This document shows positions 11,046 to 21,201 of a DNA stretch of 64,000 bases, piece by piece. The notes beneath the pieces are model-generated. The model was not told where the DNA came from, ran no database searches, and saw only the letters and a list, made by a program, of their open reading frames with translations. Position numbers and translations under genes: made by a program. Origin of the DNA: Opitutaceae bacterium (GTDB taxonomy: Bacteria; Verrucomicrobiota; Verrucomicrobiia; Opitutales; Coraliomargaritaceae); contig JBPOFY010000003.1 in assembly GCA_051252375.1 (NCBI GenBank), positions 192,001 through 256,000 on the forward strand. The letters are read 5' to 3'. The number at the start of each line of letters is the position of its first letter. Position 1 is the stretch's first letter.

Positions 11046-11834
11046 TTAGAATTTCAATTCTAGCGTGACTGGGCAGTGGTCAGACCCGAGCACGTCGGGT
11101 TGTATGCCTGCTTGAGTGATGGCATTTTGTATGTCGCCTGAAACACAGAAATAGTCGATTCGCCACCCGATGTTTCTTTGCCGTGCCGCTGCGCGATAGG
11201 ACCACCAGCTGTAGCGCTCGGTTTCATCCGGGTGTAGGTGGCGAAAACTATCCACGAAGCCGGCTTCGAGGATAGCATCGAAGCGCGTGCGTTCTTCATC
11301 GGTGAAGCCGGCGTTTTTTCGATTTGTTTTTGGGTTGGCTAAATCGATCTCGGTGTGGGCGACATTCAAATCGCCGCAGAAAACGACTGGCTTGTCGGCT
11401 TCGAGGCTTTTGACGTGAGCCAGGAAATCGACATCCCACTCGGTGGTCCGGTAGTCGAGGCGACGAGGGCGCTTGTTCTCGTCGTGGTTTTGCGAGTTGG
11501 GCGTATAGACCGTCACTAGGAAATAGTCTTCGAATTCGGCAGTGATCACTCGACCTTCTTTGTCATGTTTCTCGATGCCGAGTCCGTAGCGCACGGAGAG
11601 GGGCTCGATTTTGCTCAAAATCGCGGTGCCGGAGTAGCCTTTTTTCTCTGCGCAATTCCAGTAGGTGTGTGGGTATTCTGGAAACTGGAAACCTGAGACG
11701 AGGTCGTCTGAAATTTTGGTTTCCTGTAGGCAGATGACGTCCGGAGCATGTAATTCGAGAAAGGATTCAAAGCCTTTTTTGATGACTGCGCGCAGTCCAT
11801 TTACATTCCATGAGGTGAGATTTTTCGGTGACAT
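11046..11834 (-). CDS. xth: Exodeoxyribonuclease III
   Basis: [34 protein letters not shown] motifs. Confidence 0.95.
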   Translation of the reverse strand: MSPKNLTSWNVNGLRAVIKKGFESFLELHAPDVICLQETKISDDLVSGFQFPEYPHTYWNCAEKKGYSGTAILSKIEPLSVRYGLGIEKHDKEGRVITAEFEDYFLVTVYTPNSQNHDENKRPRRLDYRTTEWDVDFLAHVKSLEADKPVVFCGDLNVAHTEIDLANPKTNRKNAGFTDEERTRFDAILEAGFVDSFRHLHPDETERYSWWSYRAAARQRNIGWRIDYFCVSGDIQNAITQAGIQPDVLGSDHCPVTLELKF

Positions 11835-11999
11835 TCCCTGATATTTGTGTCCGCTCTATGCTGAAAAGCGACAGAATTTCCGTCACAATATTGATGCTTT
11901 TGTAAATAATTCATTAATAGGGGATTATGCTCCCCTTGTAGTTCTTATCATTAGCGAATAAGATTGCTTCTGAGCCTTATAAAGCTGTATTATAAGTGC

Positions 12000-12434
12000 A
12001 TGTTTGGTGAAACGAGAACACGGGTGAGGTGCAGGCAGGCATTTACCCTAGTTGAGGTGTTAATTGCATTGGTTATATTTGCGATTGTTATCGCGAGTGG
12101 TTTTGCATGTATCAAGATGGGCTTGCAGCAGGTTGATAACGCGCGCCACCATACACGTTCGGCTCAAATCATGCAGAGCGAAGTGGAAAACATCCGCTCA
12201 TTGCCATGGGCGAAGTTAATTGCCTTACAGACTGCAGAGACAACGATTCCGATTGCTTCGCAGTTTGGCGATTCCACCTATTCAAGCTATACTATGAAAC
12301 GCTCGATCGCCGGAAATGGAAATGTCCGTAAAATTACTTTTGTCGTTACGTGGAAGGACATTTCGGGTAAATCGCACTCAAAAACATATGTAACCCAATA
12401 CACGAAGGGCGGTCTTTATGACTATATACAATAA
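12000..12434 (+). CDS. Minor pilin, PilV-like (cassette 1)
   Basis: RQA|FTLVE prepilin motif; paralog of 14590-15021; ATG at 12000. Confidence 0.8.
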   Translation: MFGETRTRVRCRQAFTLVEVLIALVIFAIVIASGFACIKMGLQQVDNARHHTRSAQIMQSEVENIRSLPWAKLIALQTAETTIPIASQFGDSTYSSYTMKRSIAGNGNVRKITFVVTWKDISGKSHSKTYVTQYTKGGLYDYIQ

Positions 12435-12996
12435 ATGCTTACGTAGCACTACTTGCCGTGCGCGTCGCGCTTCAAGGCGGGCCTTCACGATGGTGGAGAT
12501 GATGTTTACTGTCGTTTTGCTCGCGCTTGTGCTCGCATCGATTATACCGACATTTGGATTTTTTGCTAAGAGCATCGCTGGTCTGGGCAATTATAGCACA
12601 ATGAGTAGCGATAGTCGTAATGCTTTAGAAATCATTGCGCGCGATTTACATACGGCCGAGATGTTGACTGCGGGGAGTGAGACTTCTTTGACCTTAGTGC
12701 TACCATTCGAGTTAGACGCAGCAAGAGTGGTTTATACTTATGACTCAACTGCGAAGACGCTCACGCGCACGCACGCACCGTCTGGTTCGGCTGCAACTTC
12801 CGATGTGCTCTTTGATGATGTCGAGTTGTTTAATTTTGTTTTCTATAACCGTCTAGGGACGAAATTGACGACAGCGTCTCAGATCGTGGTAGAGGGTAAA
12901 AGCGTTCAAGTGAATGCAAAGATGGTTAAGAAGGCGATCAAGACAGACAACACGGACTTCATCATCTCGGCCCGTTTTTTAATGAGAAATATCTAA
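12418..12996 (+). CDS. Minor pilin, PilW-like (cassette 1)
   Basis: RRA|FTMVE motif, ALEIIARDL helix, C-terminal IISARFLMRN. Confidence 0.8.
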   Translation: MTIYNKCLRSTTCRARRASRRAFTMVEMMFTVVLLALVLASIIPTFGFFAKSIAGLGNYSTMSSDSRNALEIIARDLHTAEMLTAGSETSLTLVLPFELDAARVVYTYDSTAKTLTRTHAPSGSAATSDVLFDDVELFNFVFYNRLGTKLTTASQIVVEGKSVQVNAKMVKKAIKTDNTDFIISARFLMRNI

Positions 12997-13029
12997 GGAG
13001 TGGCAGGCAATTATAAGGAGGGAAATATT

Positions 13030-14484
13030 ATGAAGACAGATACAATGAAAACATCACAAACACGCCAGCGCGGGTCGGCTCTGATCACGGCTGTTATCTT
13101 TTCGTTTATTATCGGTGCGCTCGCAGTTACTTTTCTTAAATTGGCGACAAGTGAGTATCGTGCATCGGTCCGCTCGACATTGTATGCATCGAGTTTGAAT
13201 TTAGCGGAGTCAGGTGTCGAAATCGGGATTAACGCGCTCAACACTAAGTCCACGAACGGTTCTACCTGGAGTAAAACGGTGAATAAATTTTTGGATGACG
13301 GTATTTATGAGGGAGACGTCAAATTAGTCATTTTTAGAGCCACATCGAGAACACCGACTATTTTTGCAGAGGGCGAAATTAAGGGACACCCAAATGGTCC
13401 CGTATCCAAGCAGGTCCGGGTAGAGCTGAGCAGTGGTTTTGCACCGTTTGAGAAAGGCTTTTCGGCGCGTAATGGTATTACTTTCAGCGGTAATGGAGTT
13501 TTACTCGATAGCTATAATTCGAGGTATGGGGATTATAACGGTTTGCTCGATGCTCGGGCACCTTTTGGCTACGGCACTGGTGGGTATAATAAGAATGATG
13601 ATATCTGGGTTGCTAGTGATACGCTTTCTTCAACGGACGGAGTGAATGTTATTAGTGCTGGGAATGGTGACATTTATGGTAAGCTAGCCGTATCGCCTGG
13701 TAACAAATACACAATTGGTCCAAATGGTTCTGTGACCGACTATGATAACCCCGGTGCAGTAGATGATACGCGTATTTCCGAAGACTTTTATGCCGATTTT
13801 CCTGTGACTGCACATCCCACTGCGTCCGACACTTTTACGACTAAAGTAACGCAGCGTGTTAAAGTGAGGGGTGTCTGGACTGATGTAGAGACCACGTTAT
13901 CTTATCCTAGTATTTCTGGAGATGTAACCATAACCGGTGGAACTGCTGCTAGTCCGGCGACTTATGCCATGTCTGGGATCTCTGGTGGCGAAATCACAAT
14001 TAATGGGCACGTTGTGCTGGTGATGAGTGGGGATATTAAATTAAGCGGGCAGAGCGGGATCAAGATCACATCTGGGAGTTCTCTTAGTATCTATACGCAG
14101 GATGATGTGGCTATCGCTGGGCAAGGTGTGGCGAATGCGAATGGAACGCCGTCTTCTTTTAATTTATATGGCACTGCACCGTCAAAATTTTCTGGAGGAA
14201 ATGAGGTTGCGGCACAATCGATCTCAATTTCAGGTAACGGGCAGTTGTTTTCTGCTGTCTATGCCCCGACGGCAGATGTCACTCTGAATGGTGGCGGAAA
14301 TAGTGGCGTAGTCATGGGCGGAGTCGTCGCTTATTCAGCAAAGCTCAATGGTGGTAGTTCCTTTCATTTCGACGAAGCCTTGCGTGAAATTGTCGACGGT
14401 GGAGGCACTTATTCGATTGAAAGCTGGTTGGAAATGACGGGCACTACGACCGCATCGACACCGGTCGATCTCTCTAAGTATTGA
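13030..14484 (+). CDS. PilX-like pilin with a large Gly/Ser-rich beta C-terminal domain (cassette 1)
   Basis: QRG|SAL leader without E5, NLAESGVE motif, C-terminal AVYAP...FHFDEAL; SD-like AAGGAG before the ATG at 13030. Confidence 0.8.
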   Translation: MKTDTMKTSQTRQRGSALITAVIFSFIIGALAVTFLKLATSEYRASVRSTLYASSLNLAESGVEIGINALNTKSTNGSTWSKTVNKFLDDGIYEGDVKLVIFRATSRTPTIFAEGEIKGHPNGPVSKQVRVELSSGFAPFEKGFSARNGITFSGNGVLLDSYNSRYGDYNGLLDARAPFGYGTGGYNKNDDIWVASDTLSSTDGVNVISAGNGDIYGKLAVSPGNKYTIGPNGSVTDYDNPGAVDDTRISEDFYADFPVTAHPTASDTFTTKVTQRVKVRGVWTDVETTLSYPSISGDVTITGGTAASPATYAMSGISGGEITINGHVVLVMSGDIKLSGQSGIKITSGSSLSIYTQDDVAIAGQGVANANGTPSSFNLYGTAPSKFSGGNEVAAQSISISGNGQLFSAVYAPTADVTLNGGGNSGVVMGGVVAYSAKLNGGSSFHFDEALREIVDGGGTYSIESWLEMTGTTTASTPVDLSKY

Positions 14485-14504
14485 GCCGATCATTAGGTCG
14501 TTTG

Positions 14505-14568
14505 TAACAGATCTGTTAAACGTGACCATATGCGCGTCGTAGATACGTAATACATTGCTTCGTATCTA
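14505..14568. promoter_or_regulatory. Inverted repeats between the two pilin cassettes
   Basis: Perfect palindrome TAACAGATCTGTTA (14505-14518) and TAGATACG-N13-CGTATCTA (14540-14568). Confidence 0.4.
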
Positions 14569-14589
14569 GTGGCTAGTTACCGTTTTTCC

Positions 14590-15021
14590 ATGAACCATCA
14601 GGCGAAATGTCGTAAAGGATTCACCCTAACCGAGGTGGTCGTTGCGCTGGGAATCTTTTCAATGGTCATCGCAGGTGGTTTGATTGGGTTGCGGCGCGGT
14701 TACGAGTTGATTGGCAATTCACGCGATTACACTCGGATCTCACAAATCTTACAGTCGGAAGTGGAGGCGCTGCGCACTTTGGCTTGGGATGATTTGATTG
14801 AGTTTTCGGATAACACATTGATTAAAGTCGAAACCCAATTCGATCTGTCTGCTTATGATGCTTATACTGTAAGGCGTAGGATTTATACTGAGAGCGCCAC
14901 TTTGCGACGTGTGGAGGTGACTGTCAGTTTTAAGAATGATCAAGGCCGCCTTGTGACATTAAAGTATCTTACATTTTTCACAAAAGGTGGCGTGAATGAT
15001 TATTTTTACCGAACCATTTAA
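14590..15021 (+). CDS. Minor pilin, PilV-like (cassette 2)
   Basis: RKG|FTLTE motif; QILQSEVEALR and FTKGGVNDY match cassette 1 QIMQSEVENIR and YTKGGLYDY. Confidence 0.8.
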   Translation: MNHQAKCRKGFTLTEVVVALGIFSMVIAGGLIGLRRGYELIGNSRDYTRISQILQSEVEALRTLAWDDLIEFSDNTLIKVETQFDLSAYDAYTVRRRIYTESATLRRVEVTVSFKNDQGRLVTLKYLTFFTKGGVNDYFYRTI

Positions 15022-15024
15022 AGA

Positions 15025-15597
15025 ATGAAACCTAATGCCAGTGTATCTAGATCCAAAGGCTTCTCAGTTGTCGAGCTGATCGTGGCGATGACGATTTCGG
15101 CTTTTGTGATGACCTCGATGGTAGCGACTTTCATCGTCTTTGCCGCCGGGTCGGAGAGTGTGGCCGGATATACGGAAATGAGCCAGCAAAGCCGTAAAGC
15201 GTTGGAACTCTTTGCGCGTGATATGCGGGCCGCCGCTGATGTTACCACAGCGACAGAGAGCGACTTAGTCGTCGTGTATCCGCAGACTAGTTATTACGAC
15301 GCCATTACTGTTCAGTATACTTTTGATAAAACCGTGGGTATTTTCAGTCGGATCGAGCGGGCGCTGGATGGGACGCTGACGTCGAACGATACTGTCTTGG
15401 ATGGGGTAGAGCAATTTACTTTCGATTATTATGACCCATTGGGTGGGGCTCTAGAATATTCACAGGCTTCGTTGTTGCTATCGATTAAGAGTGTGCGGAT
15501 CGATGCGGAGATGCTTCGTAATGTATCCGACAATGACGCCACCGATTATATCATTTCCGCACGTTTTATGATGCGGAATCGCCCAGTTACGGAGTAG
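15025..15597 (+). CDS. Minor pilin, PilW-like (cassette 2)
   Basis: SKG|FSVVE motif; SRKALELFARDM and TDYIISARFMMRN match cassette 1. Confidence 0.8.
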   Translation: MKPNASVSRSKGFSVVELIVAMTISAFVMTSMVATFIVFAAGSESVAGYTEMSQQSRKALELFARDMRAAADVTTATESDLVVVYPQTSYYDAITVQYTFDKTVGIFSRIERALDGTLTSNDTVLDGVEQFTFDYYDPLGGALEYSQASLLLSIKSVRIDAEMLRNVSDNDATDYIISARFMMRNRPVTE

Positions 15598-15603
15598 TAT
15601 ATT

Positions 15604-16932
15604 ATGAGATTCACTCAAATCAGAAGAGCTAAAGAACGCGGGGCAGCCTTGTTGACGGCTATGATTTTCTCATTCGTCGTGGTGACTATAATGGGTTCTT
15701 ATCTTTATCTTGTGTCGACCGAGTATCGATTGTCTTCTCGGTCTTATTTGTATGGTGCCAGTTTTAACCTCGCAGAGGGAGGGATCGAGTTGGCCTTAGA
15801 TGCGTTGAATGCAAATGATAGCACCGGTTGGAGCACTGGCACAGTTGCCAGTGGGGATAGTTACTGGGCTCGCGCATACAAAAACTATGATCTAGGGCGC
15901 AATATTACTGGTGATATTCGTATAGTGATTCTCAATCCGAATTCATCAGCTCCCGAGATATTTACCGAAGGCTTAGCGGAGGGACACCTCACGGGTGATG
16001 TGGCGAAGCAGTTGCGTGTGGCGCTGTCCAGTGGGTTTTACCCCTTCCTGAATGGATTTAATTCGAAGAAAAAAATTGTTCTCAGTGGCAACAACGTGAC
16101 CTTTGATAGTTATGATTCCCGTAACGGGTCTTATGGTGGCGGCAATGTGAATTCAGATATTACGGTAGCGACGATTTCTGTAGAAGTGGATGCTGCGAGC
16201 ATTGGCAATGCGGATGTGTATGGTTATGTTGCCACAGGTGCCGCACAACCAAATGTCGGACCGAGGGGTTCAATTACGGATTATGCCAATCCAGGGCGGG
16301 TTGATCAAAGTCGCATTACGACGGACTTTTATGCGAAATTTCCGGACGTGTCTGCGCCTAGCCTAACTTCGCCATCAACATCGCTGCCGACTTCTGGTGT
16401 CGTGACGGGGGGAGACTACTTACTCAGTAGCTGGTCATCTGCGGGAAAGAACACGCTAACGATTACGGGTGATACTCGAATTGTCGTGACGGGCGATATG
16501 AGTATGAGTGGCAAGGCTGCAATACGTATCGATAGTTCAGCAAACGTGGAAATCTATGTAAAAGGGAATGCCAGTATCGGAGGCAATGGGATTTTGAATG
16601 CTAGCCAGAAGCCAGAGCAGTTACTGGTTTTTGGGACCAATACGTCTGCGGGGGGGCAAGACATTAAAGTTGCAGGCAATGGCTATCTGTCCGCCGCGGT
16701 TTATGCGCCAAACGCGGTGGTTGAGCTCAAGGGCGGTGGCAGTGTCGGGCGAGTCTTTGGTGCTGTGGCAGCCTACGATGCGAAATTGACGGGCAATAGT
16801 CATTTTAGTTACGACGAAGCACTAGGAGGATATAATCTTGGAGGTTCCGGTTACGCGGTTGAGGAATGGGTCGAACTCGTCGGCGTCAGCTTGACGACAC
16901 TGCAGATCAATATGGCTGATTTCGGGCTATAG
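15604..16932 (+). CDS. PilX-like pilin with a large beta C-terminal domain (cassette 2)
   Basis: ERG|AAL leader, NLAEGGIE, DSYDSR, AVYAP, FSYDEAL; paralog of 13030-14484. Confidence 0.8.
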   Translation: MRFTQIRRAKERGAALLTAMIFSFVVVTIMGSYLYLVSTEYRLSSRSYLYGASFNLAEGGIELALDALNANDSTGWSTGTVASGDSYWARAYKNYDLGRNITGDIRIVILNPNSSAPEIFTEGLAEGHLTGDVAKQLRVALSSGFYPFLNGFNSKKKIVLSGNNVTFDSYDSRNGSYGGGNVNSDITVATISVEVDAASIGNADVYGYVATGAAQPNVGPRGSITDYANPGRVDQSRITTDFYAKFPDVSAPSLTSPSTSLPTSGVVTGGDYLLSSWSSAGKNTLTITGDTRIVVTGDMSMSGKAAIRIDSSANVEIYVKGNASIGGNGILNASQKPEQLLVFGTNTSAGGQDIKVAGNGYLSAAVYAPNAVVELKGGGSVGRVFGAVAAYDAKLTGNSHFSYDEALGGYNLGGSGYAVEEWVELVGVSLTTLQINMADFGL

Positions 16933-17040
16933 ACGCGTAATTGCGAATTTCCTGTATGGCTCAGTGGGCTGTTTTTCCTCGTGAAATTGAGTCGGATTGG
17001 TTTGCGGTGTGAGAAGGGAGTGTTTTTGATCCAATCATAT

Positions 17041-17781
17041 ATGCTTGATTCTTCTGCTACTCCTAAGATTGAAACCCGTAATTTAGTGCGTGAGTTCGGT
17101 AAGCGCCGTGTGGTGAATAACGTCAATATTCACGTCAATGCCGGAGAGATAGTTGGCCTGCTGGGTCCTAATGGCGCGGGTAAGACGACCACCTTTTATA
17201 TGGTAGTGGGCTTGATCGCAGCGACTTCGGGTAAGGTGTTTCTCAATGAGGATGAATTAACGGCTTTGCCAATGTATCGAAGGGCTCGCTGTGGCATCGG
17301 TTATTTGCCTCAGGAAGCGTCGATTTTCCGGAAAATGACAGTGGAGCAAAATATCCGTGCCATCGCGGAAACTTTGCCACTTTCCAAGTCGGAGCGAAAT
17401 GCCTGCGTGAAAGAGCACTTAGAAGAACTGGGTCTGACGCACCTCGCAAAACAGAAGGCTTATACACTCAGTGGCGGGGAGCGTCGCCGACTGGAGATTT
17501 CTCGTGCGCTGGTGACCCAGCCGAAGTTTTTGTTGATGGATGAGCCCTTTAGTGGGGTCGACCCCATCAGTGTGAGCGAGGTCCAGAAGATCATTGTGCA
17601 ACTCAAGCAGAGAGGGATCGGTATTTTGATTACCGACCATAATGTGCGTGAAACGCTCAGTATCGTGGACAGGGCCTACTTACTCCACGAGGGGTCGGTG
17701 CTCTGTGAAGGCACGAGTGACTATTTAATTAACGATCCTAAAAGCCGTGAATTCTACCTCGGTGAAGATTTCAACATGTAA
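17041..17781 (+). CDS. lptB: LPS export ABC transporter ATPase LptB
   Basis: [58 protein letters not shown]. Confidence 0.95.
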   Translation: MLDSSATPKIETRNLVREFGKRRVVNNVNIHVNAGEIVGLLGPNGAGKTTTFYMVVGLIAATSGKVFLNEDELTALPMYRRARCGIGYLPQEASIFRKMTVEQNIRAIAETLPLSKSERNACVKEHLEELGLTHLAKQKAYTLSGGERRRLEISRALVTQPKFLLMDEPFSGVDPISVSEVQKIIVQLKQRGIGILITDHNVRETLSIVDRAYLLHEGSVLCEGTSDYLINDPKSREFYLGEDFNM

Positions 17782-17798
17782 CATTGAGGCACACAGAA

Positions 17799-18770
17799 AT
17801 GACCAAGCAGCAGAAGAATAATACCAAATTTATCGAAGCCGTTTCAGTTCGTGAGTTTTTTGACTCCTTTAAGGAGCGATTGGAGATGGAACTCGTAGCT
17901 GGAGAGGAGGGGCTCGATAAAATGATCCGTGAGCGCAGTCTGAATCGACCTGCGTTGGCGCTGGTTGGTTTTTTCAACTTCTTTGCCGCCAAGCGCATTC
18001 AATTGTTCGGAGCAGGGGAAATGGCATTTTTACGAGAGCAGAGCAAGGAGGAGGAATCTCGTTTGATGGGGGAACTCTTAGCACGTAATGTGCCCTGTAT
18101 CATTATCTCTCGCAATTTAGCACCTTCGAAAATGCTGAAAGACTTAGCGAATAAGTATAAAACGCCACTCATTCGTTCCACCCTGAAGTCGAAGACTTTT
18201 TCGACGGATGCTACTTTGCTCCTCGAAGAGAAATTTGCGCCGCGCACTCACATCCATGGCACACTTCTGGATGTTAAGGGAATTGGCACTTTAATTTGCG
18301 GTGAAAGTGGTGTCGGTAAGAGCGAATGCGCATTGGCACTCATTGAGCGCGGGCATAGTTTGGTGGCCGATGACTTAACCTACGTGAAACGTTTGAGTGA
18401 TCGAGATTTGATGGGCTCTTGTTCGGAGTTGAGCCGTGGCTATATGGAGTGTCGTGGGCTGGGTATTATCAATATTGCGGAACTTTTCGGTATTCGCTCA
18501 GTGCGTTTGGAGAAGCGTATCGATTTGATCATCAATTTTAAAATTTGGAGCCCTGGTATGAATGAGGAGCGCACTGGACTAGAGGAGAACCATATGGAAA
18601 TTCTCGGCATGAAAGTGCCGCTCATGGAAATTCCGGTTCGTCCTGGGCGTGATATGGCACGTTTGGTTGAGGTAGCTTCTATGGTTCAAGCACTTAAGCA
18701 AATGGGGCACGATTCTGCGTCGGAATTCAACCAACGGCTGATCGCTCACATGGCAAAATCGACAAAATAA
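17799..18770 (+). CDS. hprK: HPr(Ser) kinase/phosphorylase
   Basis: LNRPALAL N-terminal domain, [33 protein letters not shown]. Confidence 0.95.
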   Translation: MTKQQKNNTKFIEAVSVREFFDSFKERLEMELVAGEEGLDKMIRERSLNRPALALVGFFNFFAAKRIQLFGAGEMAFLREQSKEEESRLMGELLARNVPCIIISRNLAPSKMLKDLANKYKTPLIRSTLKSKTFSTDATLLLEEKFAPRTHIHGTLLDVKGIGTLICGESGVGKSECALALIERGHSLVADDLTYVKRLSDRDLMGSCSELSRGYMECRGLGIINIAELFGIRSVRLEKRIDLIINFKIWSPGMNEERTGLEENHMEILGMKVPLMEIPVRPGRDMARLVEVASMVQALKQMGHDSASEFNQRLIAHMAKSTK

Positions 18771-18900
18771 TTTTTTCTATGCCAAAAAAAATCTTAGGTA
18801 AGATAGCGTTTTTTAAATAATACAATATAGCGGTTGCTATGATTACGGAAAGCACGCTTTCTCAGTGCTTAACAAAAGTGTCACAGTTGCGTGACAACGG

Positions 18901-19234
18901 GGTGGAAAATTTCATAAAAGTTATTGGGTCAAACAATGTGAATAACATGTGCAGAAGTTGACCTTGCCAATGTCTGCCGCGTGCCGCTTTTTTATACACA
19001 TGCGATGGCTGAATGCTCATTGTTCCATTAATTTTACTTCATTTTCACCTTTTTAAATTAACCAAATCGTCTCCGTCTTATTCATAAGTCGTTCATTTAG
19101 AACATATTTATTTCCGAAAGCCCTATTTGTTATCCCTTCTGCTATACGGTGTATTTTTCCGCCGTTATTCCATCACTTTTTTATTAACAGCGCCCTTTAA
19201 TTGTTACAGTTGTAGCAATGGGCACTGTGAACAA
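18901..19234. promoter_or_regulatory. Cluster of DnaA boxes in the AT-rich region upstream of dnaA (autoregulatory or oriC-like)
   Basis: Exact TTWTNCACA matches at 18992-19000 (TTATACACA) and 18937-18945 (reverse complement TTATTCACA). One-mismatch boxes at 18901, 18948, 19078, 19181 and 19226. Confidence 0.7.
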
Positions 19235-19253
19235 TTTTCGACTTCTCACAATA

Positions 19254-20660
19254 ATGTCTAATCTGTCACCTACGCTTTCTCTATGGGAAAACGTCAACTC
19301 TGAGCTTAAAAACCTTTTTCCTGCCGATCTTTATGAAATGTGGTTTAACGACCTTATTTGTAAGGAAGAGTCAGATGATAAAATCGTGCTCACTTCGACC
19401 AGTGAGTTTAATGCGATTTGGATCGAAAACAATTATCTGGATATTATTTTGCAGCAGGCCCGTAGCTTTGCTGGATCGGCTGTCAATGTGAGCATTGAAG
19501 TCGCCGCAGTGGCTGCCGAAGTCGATGAGTCGGCAGATGATGAGTCAGTGACACCGACTAATCGTGTTGCGCAGGCAGATAGCCGCCTTTCGCGCTCTGA
19601 GCGCAGTGCTGTAGATGCTGCACCCACACGTCGGACCTTTCTGAACCCACGTAACACATTTGAGAATTTGGTCGTCGGTTCCGGTAATCAGTTGGCACAC
19701 GCGGCATCCATCGCGGTGGCAAATGCGCCTGGTCGTGCATATAATCCGCTCTTTGTTTTCGGTGAAACCGGACTGGGGAAGACACACTTGATGCATGCTG
19801 TTGCGCATCAGATGATTGCGAACAATCCAAATGCGAAGATTGCCTATGTCTCGACGGAAAAGTTCACCAATGAGTTCATCCACGCGATCCGCGAGAATAA
19901 GTTAACTAAGTTTCGTCAATACTACCGCAACCTAGATGCCTTGTTGGTGGATGATATTCATTTCTTGTCAGGCAAAGAGAGCACGCAGGAGGAATTTTTC
20001 CATACTTTCAATGATCTCTTCGAATCTGGTCGTCAGATTTTCTTGGCGAGTGATCGTCCTGCTAATGAGATTGAACGTCTTGAGAATCGCTTGATTTCCC
20101 GTTTCCAATGGGGCCTCGTCACCGATATCCAAGCGCCTGACTTTGAAACACGCGTAGCGATCCTTCGCAAGAAAGCGGCTGCGATGAATATTTCTCTGGA
20201 TGCGGACATCATGGACTTCCTCGCTGAGCGAGTGTCGCGCAACGTGCGTCGCATGGAAGGTGCGCTGACTCGAATCGCTGGTTATGACGCTTTGATCGAT
20301 CGTAAACTCGATCTGGAGGCAGTTGAGCGCCTACTTGCCGATCTGCTTCATGAAGAAGCCAGTAGCAAGGTCACCATTGATCAGATTCAGAAAAAAGTCT
20401 CCGACTACTATCAGATTCGTTTCAGTGAATTGATCGGTCGTCGTCGCACGAGCAATATCGTTTTCCCACGCCAAGTGGCGATGTATATCAGCCGCACATT
20501 GACCAGTGATCCGCTCAAAACCATTGGCGATGCCTTTGGTGGTCGTGACCACGGCACCGTCATTCACGCCTGTAAGCAGGTGGAAAATATGATGGAGCAA
20601 GACGGCAGTGTGAAGCGCGGAGTGGACTACTTGATCAAGCAGTTGTCGAAAAGCGCTTAA
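19254..20660 (+). CDS. dnaA: Chromosomal replication initiator DnaA
   Basis: [45 protein letters not shown]. Confidence 0.97.
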   Translation: MSNLSPTLSLWENVNSELKNLFPADLYEMWFNDLICKEESDDKIVLTSTSEFNAIWIENNYLDIILQQARSFAGSAVNVSIEVAAVAAEVDESADDESVTPTNRVAQADSRLSRSERSAVDAAPTRRTFLNPRNTFENLVVGSGNQLAHAASIAVANAPGRAYNPLFVFGETGLGKTHLMHAVAHQMIANNPNAKIAYVSTEKFTNEFIHAIRENKLTKFRQYYRNLDALLVDDIHFLSGKESTQEEFFHTFNDLFESGRQIFLASDRPANEIERLENRLISRFQWGLVTDIQAPDFETRVAILRKKAAAMNISLDADIMDFLAERVSRNVRRMEGALTRIAGYDALIDRKLDLEAVERLLADLLHEEASSKVTIDQIQKKVSDYYQIRFSELIGRRRTSNIVFPRQVAMYISRTLTSDPLKTIGDAFGGRDHGTVIHACKQVENMMEQDGSVKRGVDYLIKQLSKSA

Positions 20661-20735
20661 GTCGACCATTCGACTTTAAACAGGCGTCTTTTGTTTTGAT
20701 TCCTGTAACTGATTGTAGCATCACTGGTCACTAAT

Positions 20736-21188
20736 ATGGAAATAACAGATACTACAAAATCGGCTGTCGCTACTTGGATCGCTGAAGGTAAATCGCTTGC
20801 TGATGTCCAGCGCATGCTTCGAGAAGAGCATTCGCTATCGATGACGTATATGGATGTGCGCTTTTTGGTGGATGATCTGGATATTTCGGTTGTAGAGCCT
20901 GAGGAGGAAATCGTGGAAACGGATGCTGCCGAAGCCGCTGATGCAGAACTGGTTGATGAAGCGCCGCAGGGTGGTGTCGTGGTCGACGTGGATGCTTTGA
21001 TGCTTCCCGGATCTTTAGTGAGCGGCACTGTGACTTTTAGCGATGGCAAGAGTTTGAAATGGCAACTCTCTGCCGCTGGTCAGTTAGGCTTAATTCCCGG
21101 TGATGATCCAGAATACCGACCGTTACCCGAAGATGTGCAGGAGTTTCAAGCGCAGCTAGAAGAAGTGTTGCGACAAAAAGGTATCTAA
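20736..21188 (+). CDS. Hypothetical acidic protein
   Basis: Clean 150-aa ORF between dnaA and hrpB; no recognised motif. Confidence 0.75.
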   Translation: MEITDTTKSAVATWIAEGKSLADVQRMLREEHSLSMTYMDVRFLVDDLDISVVEPEEEIVETDAAEAADAELVDEAPQGGVVVDVDALMLPGSLVSGTVTFSDGKSLKWQLSAAGQLGLIPGDDPEYRPLPEDVQEFQAQLEEVLRQKGI

Positions 21189-21201
21189 GAGGGGCGCAGG
21201 T

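Noticed and set aside
11835..11999. Riboswitch upstream of pilin cassette 1 or the xth-thiL genes
   Set aside because: Short hairpins exist (e.g. AGGGGA/TCCCCT) but no TPP or c-di-GMP consensus was recognisable; an Rfam scan would settle it.
12000..16932. Shufflon or diversity-generating retroelement acting on the pilin cassettes
   Set aside because: Both cassettes are intact, co-oriented and old paralogs; no recombinase, reverse transcriptase or near-identical template repeat was seen.
18771..19253. Firm oriC call
   Set aside because: DnaA boxes are real, but spot checks show no skew inversion and dnaN is absent; kept only as a regulatory cluster.
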